Assembly: GCA_964519305.1 (NCBI GenBank)
Contig: CAZFHY010000001.1
Span: 282,132 to 346,131, forward strand
Length of the DNA: 64,000 bases
DNA from: Candidatus Undinarchaeota archaeon
GTDB lineage: Archaea > SpSt-1190 > JASMDC01
Direction of reading: 5' to 3'
Shown: piece after piece, positions 18,440-28,700 of the stretch
Numbering within the stretch: the first letter of the stretch is position 1
How the letters are laid out: each line of letters begins with the position of its first letter
Position numbers and translations under genes: made by a program
The notes under the pieces: model-generated
Databases searched by the model: none
What the model was told of the DNA's origin: nothing
Seen by the model: only the letters and a program-made list of their open reading frames with translations

Positions 18440-18898
18440 TCACGGGGCGCGGTCCCGGGCAACAGCGACCGCCGCGGCGATGATGAGGACCCACTCGATC
18501 GTAGCCATTGAATCGGCAAGGGGGATACCTACGGTCCGCCACGAGAAGGGCCAGAGGAGTATGAAGTGGTGAGGCCTGGCCCACGGGTATAGGAGCGAGT
18601 CGATGAGGATGTTGGACATGGCCCCTACGTACAGAAGCCCGTAAGCCTTCCACAGGTCCCGGTCTATGAAGGACGCTGCCACCAGACAGAGGAACAGTGC
18701 ACCGACGGGCGTGTGGAGGAAGAACGATACGGCCATCGCTACCGTGGCGCCACGTGCGACGAGGGCCGCTAATGCGATGAAGAGCTGCAGGTCAGGCAGG
18801 AGCGCGCCGAACATGAGCACCCAGCGGTCACGGCGTTCAATCCCCAGGAGACGGGTCAGGATTATGGCCAGTGACATATGGACTATGAGATCAGGCAT
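18440..18898 (-). CDS. Membrane-bound metal-dependent hydrolase (YdjM/DUF457-like)
   Basis: Start MPDLIVH at ATG 18898; GALLPD, FLHT, SNILIDSL, LLWPF. Confidence 0.7.
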   Translation of the reverse strand: MPDLIVHMSLAIILTRLLGIERRDRWVLMFGALLPDLQLFIALAALVARGATVAMAVSFFLHTPVGALFLCLVAASFIDRDLWKAYGLLYVGAMSNILIDSLLYPWARPHHFILLWPFSWRTVGIPLADSMATIEWVLIIAAAVAVARDRAP

Positions 18899-19355
18899 TG
18901 TCCTCACCCCCCAGCGGCACCAGACCCGAGGGCGCAGCAGCGGCGACGGAGCGGCGGGCAGCATCGCGCCAGGCCCAGAGGAGGAGGAGCACGCCCAATG
19001 TGTTCCAGATAAGGAACATGAACCGGCGGCCGAGCACGTGGAGACCGGTGGCCTCGATGCGCCCTTGGGCATACACCCCGTTCACTGTGACTGCATCGCC
19101 TGACCTGAGCTGAGTGAAGTTGCCGTACACGTCCACCCGCCAGTTGTCCATGATGTCGGTTATGAGCACGAAGTGCCCGGGGACCACCTCTTGTGCGAGC
19201 CCGAAGAAGTAGCCCTGACGACGCTCGGCATCGAAGAAAGGGAAGTTCTGAGGCCAACGTTCCTCGATGACCAGAGCATTGTGGTACATAGAGGCCAGGA
19301 TGACGATGAGCCCTAAGATGAGTGGCAGCGGTCTCGGGTCGCGGACACCGTACAT
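18891..19355 (-). CDS. Hypothetical membrane protein with a small extracytoplasmic beta (OB-like) domain
   Basis: 154 aa; TM segments at both ends, LRSGDAVTVNGVY; stop overlaps the start of the hydrolase gene. Confidence 0.65.
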   Translation of the reverse strand: MYGVRDPRPLPLILGLIVILASMYHNALVIEERWPQNFPFFDAERRQGYFFGLAQEVVPGHFVLITDIMDNWRVDVYGNFTQLRSGDAVTVNGVYAQGRIEATGLHVLGRRFMFLIWNTLGVLLLLWAWRDAARRSVAAAAPSGLVPLGGEDNA

Positions 19356-19400
19356 GCAAGTTGACCTACGGGTGATAACTAGATAAATGCAAGGGTCGGG

Positions 19401-20555
19401 TCAAGGCAGAGCGCCCGCGTCACGAAGTATCGCATCCTCTCGCTCGAACACCGCCTCGCGCCCATAAGGAGATGCCGCTTCGCGGTTCACCGCGCCCATC
19501 CTGGCTGCGAGCTCAGGATTATCGGCCACACGGGCCAAAGCGCTCCGCAGCTTTCGAGGTGACCGCGGTTGCACAAGGAAGCCCCCTTCATGAGGGAGCA
19601 CGTTCGCGATGCCCTCGACGTCGGTGGCCACCACAGGCAGCCCCGCGCCCATTGCCTCGATGAGGGCGAAGGGCATCCCCTCCTCCTCGGAGGCCATAGC
19701 GAACACGTCGGCCGCGGCGAGCACATCAGGCACTTCACCGGATGGGACCGCGCCGAGAAAAGTGGCGTCCGCGCCTTCTTTTTCAGCTAGGGAAACGAGG
19801 GCTTCGCGCTCCGGACCGTCGCCGCACGCGACCAGACGTATGCCCGAAAGCCCGGCCACGGCGCGGACCAGATCGTCCACCCGCTTGATCTCGGCCAACC
19901 GGCCAACGAACACGACCAGACGACCGTCCTCGGGAATACCGTGGCGCTCTGCCAGCCGTTTCCGCGCTGCTGCCCGGTCCGGTGCTTTTTTAGGGAGGTC
20001 GACCCAGTTGGGGAGCACCTCGACCTGGTCCGGGCGGGCGCCCTGGGCTTCGAGCCGCTGACGCATCAGGTCTGTGCTTGTGATTATCCGGTCCGAGTGC
20101 CGTACGACCATCCTGTACACCTGTGAGACGAACGGGCCAAGGAGAGGGGACCGGTGACGGCGCATCTGACCCATCCAATCGTACTCCAGGGAAAGTACAA
20201 CCGGGGGGTGTGAGCTGACACTGGAGAGACCCAGCGCTACGGGGACGATGCCCACGGGCCCGTACACACGGACAGCGGTGAGGGTGGACGCAAGACGACG
20301 CACGGCCGCTGCTCCGCTGAGCACGAAACCAGGGTGCGAACGGCCCACGGGCAGGTGGATAACACCTTCCCCGAGCTCGTCGCTCATGTCCCGCTCGTCC
20401 GCGCTGAGTAGGATCACGCGGTCGTACAGCTTCCGGTAATGGTCGACCCGCGCGCGTACAAGCTTGTCGAACACGCCACGCTCGCATCCCTCCTCGAGAC
20501 GACAGTCGGTGGAGTACACCAGGAGCAGTGTCGAAGTCGACTCCATACCGGCCAT
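19401..20555 (-). CDS. GT4 (GT-B fold) glycosyltransferase
   Basis: LPNWVD, VFVGRL..IKRVD, CGDGPER, ADVFAMASEEEGMPFALIEAMGAGLPVVAT. Confidence 0.92.
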   Translation of the reverse strand: MAGMESTSTLLLVYSTDCRLEEGCERGVFDKLVRARVDHYRKLYDRVILLSADERDMSDELGEGVIHLPVGRSHPGFVLSGAAAVRRLASTLTAVRVYGPVGIVPVALGLSSVSSHPPVVLSLEYDWMGQMRRHRSPLLGPFVSQVYRMVVRHSDRIITSTDLMRQRLEAQGARPDQVEVLPNWVDLPKKAPDRAAARKRLAERHGIPEDGRLVVFVGRLAEIKRVDDLVRAVAGLSGIRLVACGDGPEREALVSLAEKEGADATFLGAVPSGEVPDVLAAADVFAMASEEEGMPFALIEAMGAGLPVVATDVEGIANVLPHEGGFLVQPRSPRKLRSALARVADNPELAARMGAVNREAASPYGREAVFEREDAILRDAGALP

Positions 20556-20608
20556 CACGGTCACCTGTCCCACGAAGATTTATATTGCCTTCGCGGTCAG
20601 TTGGTTGC

Positions 20609-21709
20609 ATGGCCAAGCCCGCCAGTGGTGTCGACCGGCTCGGTACCCTCGAGAAGGCCCGCTTCCTTGCTGGCGGCCTTGTCGAGTCCTCGCGGGTAGG
20701 CCTTGACCGTCTGAAAGGATGGGAGCGCCCACGGTTCCTGATGAACGTGGTCACTTGGCGGTGCAACGCCCGTTGCGTGATGTGCAACATACCTCGCCGT
20801 CACGATCCGAAGGAGGAGCTCGGGCTGGACGACTACCGCCTAATCCTAAAAGACCGACGGTTCTGGCGTGGTCTGCGGGCCATGAACGTCACCGGTGGCG
20901 AACCGTTCCTGCGCGAGGACCTGCCCGATCTGGTGGCGATGTTCGACGAGGCCTGTCCCGGGCTCGAACGTATCGCCTTCTCCACTAATGGCATGCTCAC
21001 CGACCGTGTAACCTCCGCCATGAAGGAGGTGCTCGAGCGTGTGCGCGTGCCCATCGACGTCACCGTGAGCCTCGACGGTGTGGGTGAGGTCCACGACCGG
21101 ATCCGCGGCGTGGATGGGGCTTTCGAAAAAGTCATGGCCACCGTGGACGCGCTCCTCCCTATGGACGAGCCAGGACGGTTCCATCTCTACGGCCAGTGCA
21201 CGCTCTCCCAGGCCAATATCGCAGGCTGGCGCGAACTGGAGGCTTACGCTGCCGAGCGGGGATTCCATGTTTCCCCAGGCATCTCGGCATTCCTGGACTC
21301 CTACTTCGACAACGCCGATAAGGAGGACGAACTGGCGCTCACGTCCGAGCAGGTGCTCGATGTGTTCGACCGACCAACGGCACGCGAGCACTTCATCCGC
21401 CGGCAGGTGCGCGAGCACGAGCGGTCACTTCCCTGTGGTTGTGGCACCGGGTCCTTCGAGCTCTACCCCAACGGCGATGTCTACCTCTGCTACCAGACGA
21501 AGCCGGTGGGGAACGCCCTCGAGCTTGGTATCACGGGGGCGTGGACATCCCCCGAGGCGGCGAAGGTGCGCAAGGCCATCGGCACCAAGAAGATGTGCGG
21601 TGATTGCTTCTGGGCGTGCGACCTGGCCACGGCGGTGAAAGGGGACCTCGGTTCTCTTGTACGCATGGGTGCTGCCCACGTCCGGATGAAGCTCGGTCCC
21701 AAGGCGTGA
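20609..21709 (+). CDS. Radical SAM protein with SPASM/twitch domain
   Basis: CNARCVMC, TGGEPFLR, STNG, VSLDG...HDRIRG, C-terminal CGCG...GDVYLC...CGDC...C. Start ATG 20609 shares a TATA (about 20578-20586) with the divergent GT4. Confidence 0.9.
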   Translation: MAKPASGVDRLGTLEKARFLAGGLVESSRVGLDRLKGWERPRFLMNVVTWRCNARCVMCNIPRRHDPKEELGLDDYRLILKDRRFWRGLRAMNVTGGEPFLREDLPDLVAMFDEACPGLERIAFSTNGMLTDRVTSAMKEVLERVRVPIDVTVSLDGVGEVHDRIRGVDGAFEKVMATVDALLPMDEPGRFHLYGQCTLSQANIAGWRELEAYAAERGFHVSPGISAFLDSYFDNADKEDELALTSEQVLDVFDRPTAREHFIRRQVREHERSLPCGCGTGSFELYPNGDVYLCYQTKPVGNALELGITGAWTSPEAAKVRKAIGTKKMCGDCFWACDLATAVKGDLGSLVRMGAAHVRMKLGPKA

Positions 21710-21757
21710 GGTTTTTATTTTCATGGGGATAATAGCTCTCTCGGAAGGTGTATCCAC

Positions 21758-22492
21758 ATGAAGATAGCGTTCGACGAGTTCCATAAGGACAAGAAGTACT
21801 TCTCCATCGACGATGATGACCAGAACGGGTATGAACAGCTGGGCGATTTCCTTAAAGGCAAGGGTATCGAGTGCGTCCAGTCCACGAATCCGCTTACGTC
21901 CATCCCCGCTGATGTGGACGTGCTCGTCATCCCATTCCCCAAGCGAAGGTTCGACGGGTCCGAGGTCAACGAGATCACCGCCTTCGTTAAAGATCGGGGC
22001 AAGGGACTGCTGATGCTCTCCGAGTGGGGCGGTATCTTCGACAACGTCGAGAACCTCAACCAGCTGGCAATAAACTTCGAGATCAAGTTCAATCCCGACC
22101 GCGTGTGCGACTGGGAGAACCGGATCCAGATCCCGTTCAAGTCCAAGGCCCACGCATTCTACATCAAGGGTTTCTCGCAGCACTACCCGTTCACCAAGGA
22201 CCTCAAGGAGCTTGTGTGCATATCGGGCAGTTCCCTCAAACCAGCTAATCAGGGCATGATCGCGGCCTGGGCGGGCGAGCGCTCATGGAGCGACGAGGAC
22301 GGCGACTCTTCCTATGACGAGGGGGAAGCGTTCGGGTACGTGCCTATTGTCACTGCTAACGTTTGCGGTAACGCCCAGGGACGTGTGGTCTGCTGTGGTG
22401 ATGCCTCTCTCCTGGCCAACGCCCAGTTTAAGGAGTCCGAGCACCAGAAGTTCGCCCACTCCCTCTTCCAGTGGCTTGGCAAGGAGCTTTGA
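21758..22492 (+). CDS. DUF4350/GIFT-like class I glutamine-amidotransferase-fold protein
   Basis: MKIAFDEFH, GYEQLGDFL, DVLVIP.P...F...E...I..FV...GKGLL, GRVVCCGD. Confidence 0.65.
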   Translation: MKIAFDEFHKDKKYFSIDDDDQNGYEQLGDFLKGKGIECVQSTNPLTSIPADVDVLVIPFPKRRFDGSEVNEITAFVKDRGKGLLMLSEWGGIFDNVENLNQLAINFEIKFNPDRVCDWENRIQIPFKSKAHAFYIKGFSQHYPFTKDLKELVCISGSSLKPANQGMIAAWAGERSWSDEDGDSSYDEGEAFGYVPIVTANVCGNAQGRVVCCGDASLLANAQFKESEHQKFAHSLFQWLGKEL

Positions 22493-22503
22493 GCGCACTA
22501 TCC

Positions 22504-23034
22504 ATGGGAACTGGCCGTGATGCTGAGCGGCGAACACTGCTAAAGCTGTCGCCCGAGCAACTCGTCGACCTGCTACTAGCTCAGACACGTAACCTCTGGG
22601 CTGTGGACGGACTGTATTTTCTGGGCATCGAGGAACGGTACGGTACTGAGGCCGCGGCCGATGTGGACCGCCATGTGTGGGAGACCATGGGACGCATCGA
22701 GGCATCACGGCTCCGGAAGACGCTCGGTGTCGAGGGCAATGACCTGACGACCATGCTTACAGTGCTCCGGCACACCAGCTGGATGATGGACCTCGAGAAC
22801 AAGGAGCTCGATGTCGATGGAGAGCGCGCTGTGCTCCGGATCACATCCTGTCGCACCCAGTTCACGCGACGGGAGAAAGGCCTTGGAGAGTTCCCGTGCA
22901 GGCCTGTCCGTCAGGGGTTCCTTGCGGCCTTCGCTGCCGTGTTCTCTCCGGACATCGAGGTAAGATGCCTCCAGTGCCCTCCTGACGAGCACGGGGACGA
23001 CCTATGGTGTGCCTGGGAGTTCGTGCAACGATAG
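22504..23034 (+). CDS. DUF6125-like protein
   Basis: NLWAVDGLYFLGIEERYG, CRTQ..R..KGL.EFPC, CLQCPPD.H....WCAWEF. Confidence 0.75.
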   Translation: MGTGRDAERRTLLKLSPEQLVDLLLAQTRNLWAVDGLYFLGIEERYGTEAAADVDRHVWETMGRIEASRLRKTLGVEGNDLTTMLTVLRHTSWMMDLENKELDVDGERAVLRITSCRTQFTRREKGLGEFPCRPVRQGFLAAFAAVFSPDIEVRCLQCPPDEHGDDLWCAWEFVQR

Positions 23035-23080
23035 AGGTCCGATAGGATCCTTTTGAAGGAACCATGAGAAGAAGAGAGCA

Positions 23081-23103
23081 CGGGTCCCCAAGAAGGGGAC
23101 CCG
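23081..23103 (-). terminator. GC-rich hairpin between convergent genes
   Basis: cgggtcccc-aagaa-ggggacccg, perfect 9-bp stem, followed on the minus strand by a pyrimidine run. Confidence 0.55.
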
Positions 23104-23124
23104 GTACGATATCGTCGATCCCGC

Positions 23125-23376
23125 TCAGGGAGAGAGGACCGCGTGAGCCACGAGGCCGAGAGTGAGGACCACGGAACCGAGCACGATGGCGACAGCCATG
23201 TTACCCTTCTCCAGCTCCTTCATCTCCTCGAGACCCGGTGTAGCGGCGTCGAATATCTTGAACGTTGCTGGGATGCAAAGGCCGAGAGCGATACCGCCCA
23301 CGAGCACCCATGCGATCGCCAGGACCATCTGCGTGACGGTCTGTACTATGTCAATATTTCCCACAACCATAATCAT
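23125..23376 (-). CDS. DUF350 domain small membrane protein
   Basis: FKIFDAATPG....ELEKGNMAVAIVLG. Confidence 0.8.
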   Translation of the reverse strand: MIMVVGNIDIVQTVTQMVLAIAWVLVGGIALGLCIPATFKIFDAATPGLEEMKELEKGNMAVAIVLGSVVLTLGLVAHAVLSP

Positions 23377-23504
23377 GACCTCTTGGGCTTGAGGGATAGA
23401 TATCCTTTAAAGCCTTTTGCTATCCGACCGAGAACCGGTTCTATTCAACATATAACGTTTGGGTGACCTCTGCACCTAGCGACACCGACGCAGATGGTGA
23501 CCTC

Positions 23505-25043
23505 ATGGGACTTCCATTCCTCGTACCCCGTGTCCTTTCCCTCGCGCTCGTTCTCTTAGTCGCACTCCTCGTCCACCTGCGCCGGGATATCAAGACCTCC
23601 CTGCCCCGCACGACCAAGGACCATCGCCTCCTCTTGGCAGTGGTGCTCGTGCTCGGCCTCGTGGTCCGGCTCAACGGCCCCTTCGCCCACGCGGTGTATA
23701 TGGATGAGTGGAGCTATCTCGAGGGCGCCCGCACCCTCCTATTCACGGGGCGACATGAGCTCTGTCGGGACGGCATCGTGCTCCAATGCACTGCGACCGG
23801 GGGAACGCCCAATCCAACTGGCTACCCCTTGGCGGCCGCTATGACGTTCGCCCTGGCGGGAGTGGGAGCGGGCCAGGCGATGGCGCTCAATCTGGGTGCA
23901 GGCATCGTTACCATCATTGCGGTCTACCTCCTCGCCCTTGTCCTCCTTCGTCGTCCTTGGGCCGCATTGGCCGCCGCCATGCTCATGGCGACGCTCCCCC
24001 TCCACGTGCGCCACTCGTCCACCGCCGGGACCGAGGCTGTCTCCCTCCTCATGGTAACTGTGGCGCTTTTTTGTGCCGCTCTCGTCCCCATGATCCCGCG
24101 CAGGAAAACCCTTGGAGCGGCCATCCTCGCAGCCACCCTCGCGGTGTCCGTACGACCCGAGAACCTCCTCGTCCTCCCTCTGGCCGCTCTCTTCGCAGCG
24201 CAAGGGCCGGGCCGTCGCGTGGTCCGCAGCCCGATACCCGTGTTGGCGACAATGGTCCTCGTGCTGCCCTTGGTCAGCAGACGAGCGGGGGCCGCTGAAG
24301 CATGGTCGTTCTCCCTGGCGTACGTGACGGGAAAGATCAATTACCTTTACTTCTGGGCAGGGCTCACCACCCACCTCACCCCGCTCTTCCACACACCCGT
24401 GCTCGCCCTCCTGGCTTTAGGTGGTGTATGGGAGCTCCGACGCAGGGACCGTACGACCCTGGGACTACTTGCAGTGTGGTTCGGATCGTTCTTCGTCGTG
24501 TATCTGGCATACGTGCTCTCCGCTTCCTATCGCTTCATGTTAACATGCTATCCCCCCGTTCTCCTCCTGGCCGGTCTGGGTGCGGAGGGGATCGCTAATC
24601 GAGCAGGTGGATCAAGAGGTGGCGTCCTCGCTTTGGCCGCCCTCCTCGTGGCGGTCGTGCCCGCCTTACCCACAGGCCTCGATCCGGGGGACCAGCATCG
24701 TGTGTTCCAGCCTGAGGTGGACTTCCTCGTAGCCGCGTCACGGGCCCTCCCCGCGGGATGCACCATCGTAACGTTCAATCCCTTCCTGGCGACATTCGCT
24801 ACGGACCGTCCGGCCTTGGATATAGGTCAGGGAGAGGTCGCCCTTGACCGGTCCAGCCGGGGAGAATGCTTGGCGCTCTTCGAGGACTCATTCTGCACCT
24901 GGCGGCCCAATGAGAATTCCGATCCCGGACGCTGCGATTTCTACCATCTGAACTTCGAGCTGGAGGAAGTGCGTAGTGCAATCAACTCACGAACGAAGAC
25001 AACGGTCGGCCTTTCCCTCCTGAACACGAGGAAGGAAAGCTAG
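23505..25043 (+). CDS. GT-C fold membrane glycosyltransferase, distant paralog 5
   Basis: YMDEWSY, LC......C, PTGYP, LPLHVRHS, VRPEN, GCTIVT, GECLALFE. Same architecture as paralogs 1-4. Confidence 0.8.
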   Translation: MGLPFLVPRVLSLALVLLVALLVHLRRDIKTSLPRTTKDHRLLLAVVLVLGLVVRLNGPFAHAVYMDEWSYLEGARTLLFTGRHELCRDGIVLQCTATGGTPNPTGYPLAAAMTFALAGVGAGQAMALNLGAGIVTIIAVYLLALVLLRRPWAALAAAMLMATLPLHVRHSSTAGTEAVSLLMVTVALFCAALVPMIPRRKTLGAAILAATLAVSVRPENLLVLPLAALFAAQGPGRRVVRSPIPVLATMVLVLPLVSRRAGAAEAWSFSLAYVTGKINYLYFWAGLTTHLTPLFHTPVLALLALGGVWELRRRDRTTLGLLAVWFGSFFVVYLAYVLSASYRFMLTCYPPVLLLAGLGAEGIANRAGGSRGGVLALAALLVAVVPALPTGLDPGDQHRVFQPEVDFLVAASRALPAGCTIVTFNPFLATFATDRPALDIGQGEVALDRSSRGECLALFEDSFCTWRPNENSDPGRCDFYHLNFELEEVRSAINSRTKTTVGLSLLNTRKES

Positions 25044-25711
25044 TACTGGCCCTGTTGCTGCTGGTAGTAGTTGTAGTAGGATTGGCCTCCGTACCCGCTC
25101 CCGTAGTAGTACGGCATTGACTGGGATTGGGCCGCGGCCGCGGCCTTCTCCTCCTTCTGTTGCTTGATGAGTAGGACGACAGAGCCTATGAACACGACAG
25201 CTGCGATGCCACCGACGACCATGAGCAGGTTCTCGTTCGGCCCGGTTTCCTCGGGGATCGGGAGCTCGATCGGTAAGGGTGTGGGTGTCGGGGTGAGTGT
25301 TATGCCTGCGGTAGCGGGCGTATCGGCCATGCAGTCCTTGACCGTGACATCGACGGTCTTGGTGGCCTTGTATCCGGGTGCCGTCGATGTAGTGGCCGTG
25401 ATCGTGAGCTCGTGCGAACCTGCGGACACCGTTGGCGGAATGACGAACTGGATGCGGTTGACGGCGGCCACCCCCATACCGAGGTTGAACTCCCATGCCT
25501 TGCGGACACAGAAGTCGGACGCCGCTCCATCGAGCTTGATAGTGAATAGGGCGTTGCCGTCGAGCTTGTTGGTGAGCGTCACGTCCATGGACTTGTCCTC
25601 GCCACGACAGGCACCCCAGCCCTCGTTGGCGACATCGATCTCCATTATCTTGAGAGCTGTCGAACTGGTGAATAGCAGGAGCACCAGAAACGCCACATAC
25701 CTCGCTCTCAT
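25040..25711 (-). CDS. Exported Ig-like protein with PT linker, C-terminal TM anchor and Y/Q-rich tail
   Basis: Signal peptide MRARYVAFLVLLLFTSSTA, beta-rich domain, TPTPTP, TM, then SMPYYYGSGYGGQSYYNYYQQQQGQY. Confidence 0.75.
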   Translation of the reverse strand: MRARYVAFLVLLLFTSSTALKIMEIDVANEGWGACRGEDKSMDVTLTNKLDGNALFTIKLDGAASDFCVRKAWEFNLGMGVAAVNRIQFVIPPTVSAGSHELTITATTSTAPGYKATKTVDVTVKDCMADTPATAGITLTPTPTPLPIELPIPEETGPNENLLMVVGGIAAVVFIGSVVLLIKQQKEEKAAAAAQSQSMPYYYGSGYGGQSYYNYYQQQQGQY

Positions 25712-25790
25712 AGCCGTATTACCAAAGGTGCTACTTGTTTTTAAATATTGACAGGTGTTATATAATACGCAGTACATAGAGGAGAGTATC

Positions 25791-28700
25791 ATGCGCGCAG
25801 CTACAGCATTGCTCATATTTTTCATACTGCTCGCGCCCTCCGCCCTTGCTGAAAACAACCATGTCTGGTTCGACACCAAGGACGGTCCCGAGGCGAAGAG
25901 CGTGACGGTGTACTGGGGTGAGACCGAGCGCATCCCCATCTACATCCGTCATAATTACACCTTCATCAAGAAGCTTGATGTGGTGTTCGCCATCGACATC
26001 TCAGGGTCCATGGTGGACGACCTCCAGCAGCTACGCACTCAGTGGAACAGCATCCTTTCCATGTTCTCCCGGTTCTCCCAGAACGATTACCGCATCGCGT
26101 TCATACCCTACTCGGGGAAGCAGACATTGCGCGTGGACGAGAGCCTCGTCACCGCCTTCCTATCGAGTCAGACACAGGTCAACGAGATCACACAGTACGT
26201 GGACCAGCTACCCTCCTCCTCGAGCGTGGGAGGGGGCGGCGGGTGCCGCGAGTACACTTATGACGCCCTCTACTTCATCGCCAACCGCGGGTGGACCGGC
26301 ATCCCTCGGCTGAACTGCTACCCTGTCGGCGAGGCGTGCGAGTGGCGCGAGGACGCCCTTAAGGTCGTGTACGTCATCACGGACGCAGGGGTCGAGGCGG
26401 ACCAGTACGATATGCTCAAACGCCTTGTCACCAACGCCTACGTTAACGCGGGCATCTACCTGTTCGGCATCACGCCCGGCGATAAGTCGGCATGCCCCCC
26501 CACTTGCGAGTGCAAGAGCGGCGGATCCCTGTGCTCGGTCAACGAGGACTGCTGTTCCGATGAATGCAACGGTGGTTCGTGCTCTTCGCCCATGGACCCG
26601 TGCTACGACCTCAGCCATGCGGCACCGGCCACAGGAGGACAGTACTACAGCGGGTTCCATCTCTCATTCCTTGAGCAGCAGCTGGCAAAGGCGTTCGAGG
26701 ACATCGATTACAACACCTTCAAAGTGACCCTTGGCCACGCAGGCGCGCTCACGACCGTTGTCGACGGTCTGGAGAACTGCCCCAGCGGCGAAGGAAAGTG
26801 CATCGACCTCGAGGTGGGTGAGTGCAAGACCCCGGAGGCACACCCGTGCGGTAAGCTCTTCTATCTCGATGTCACTGCTCCCGATAACACAGATCCCCAG
26901 AGCTACAGCCAGTCGGTCACTACCGAGATCCAAGGCACAAGCATCACGGAGTCCATCGAGCTCACCGTCGATGTCAAGGTCCCGGCCGACCTGACAACGG
27001 ATATGCGAGCAGTCTACGACGAGGGAAAGACCTACGTGTTCTTCAACGTAAAGAACACGGGAAAGAGCCGGGTTACGCCCCGGTTCAGTCAGTTCGAGCT
27101 CACCTGCCAGAGCGTGGAAGCGCGCCTGTCATTCCCCATGCAGCTCACGGACCTTGATCCGGGAGAATCGTTCCTGGGCATCGGTGTGTGCACCGATGTG
27201 ATCGGAGTGGACGAGGACGTGAACGTCGAGCTCACCATGAGCTTCGGCGATGCCGAGCAGGACAACGTGCTCGAGGAGAAGTTGCTGAAGGTCACGGCCA
27301 ATCCCGACATCTTCTCGGGCCAGGCCACCTATTATCCCGTGTCGCAACGGGTCGATATCCAGGTATCGGGCAGCGGCCTAGAGTACGCCTTGGTCCGTGT
27401 CGCCGACAAGAATACCGATAATGACGAGGTGACACCAAAGAAGCGGACGACTATGCTCCAGAACATCTCCCTCCCGGGCATCTCGCCGGAGGTCATGGAT
27501 CGCAGCGATATCATCGTGTACGCCAAGGCAGGTGGCGCGATCTCCCGACGACGCATCTCGCCCGGCCATGCTTACTTCGACGTGGACGCCCCGGGGACGG
27601 CCCTGGGCGACCTGGCCGGTTGGGACCAGGGTACGTTCTGGATCACCAGTCCGTACGAGCATACCATGTACACCAACGCCAGTCTCCCGATCGTCATAAA
27701 CACGGTCATGGGCGACACATTCACACTCACAGTGAACAACGTGACGGCCTCTGCCCCCATCAAGGCCACGGACGAGACCAAGAAGTTCACTATGAAGGGC
27801 GCCAAGGTCCATGCTGGCCGACAGAACGGTACCTACGACCGACGTATAGAAGTAGATCTGCTCCTCGAGGACGTCAAGGGGACCGCCGAGATCAGCCTTC
27901 TGGGTACCAAGAGCTCGGGACTCAAGGTCACTATCAAGTACGAGATCAAGTTCCCTTATATCGTCGATGTTCTCCCCGCGCTCGCTATCATCCCCCGACG
28001 CTCAGCATCATTCGCCGCAGCGATCACCAACAACCAGGAGGCCGACGCGCCCATGGAACTGTGCGCTTGGGGAGAGAAACTGACCGTGACGATCGACGGC
28101 CAGGCGGTGTCGGACAAGACCTGCATCACGGTGCCTTCCATGGTACCAGGAACTCCCAAGAACGTCAACGTCACAGTGACGCTGGACGGCGAGGAGGCGA
28201 CCACCCTCACGATGGTGGCACGTCATCCCTCGGAGATCTCGAACAAGCGGACCATGACGGTGGCGATCAATCCCGCCTCCTTCACCGAGTCCACCATGTC
28301 GGCCTCGTGCAAGCGGAGCGAGTCACAGATCAAGTGCACCATGCAGTTCACGAACTCGGGCAACCTACCGACCTCGTACTATTACGGGTTCGTCGCCGAC
28401 GGTTTCACCACGGAAATACCCTTCGCAGAGGTCACTGGCGTCAAGCCCCGCGACACCCAGGTCAAGACCGTGTCCACCGAGTTCCTCCCCTACGAGATCA
28501 CCGCTCCTCAGCGGGACATCATCAAAGGGCTTGGCAAGATGGTATTCCTGGCAAACCTCGTGGTCAAGAACGATAACTTTACGAAAACTGACATCTTCGG
28601 GGACTCGCTGGACGTATCCTCACTGGTAGGGGCCCTGGAGAGCATGGGTGAGATGGGGCTCGCCACAAAGGTCAAGGCCCTCAAGGATACGCCAGGACAG

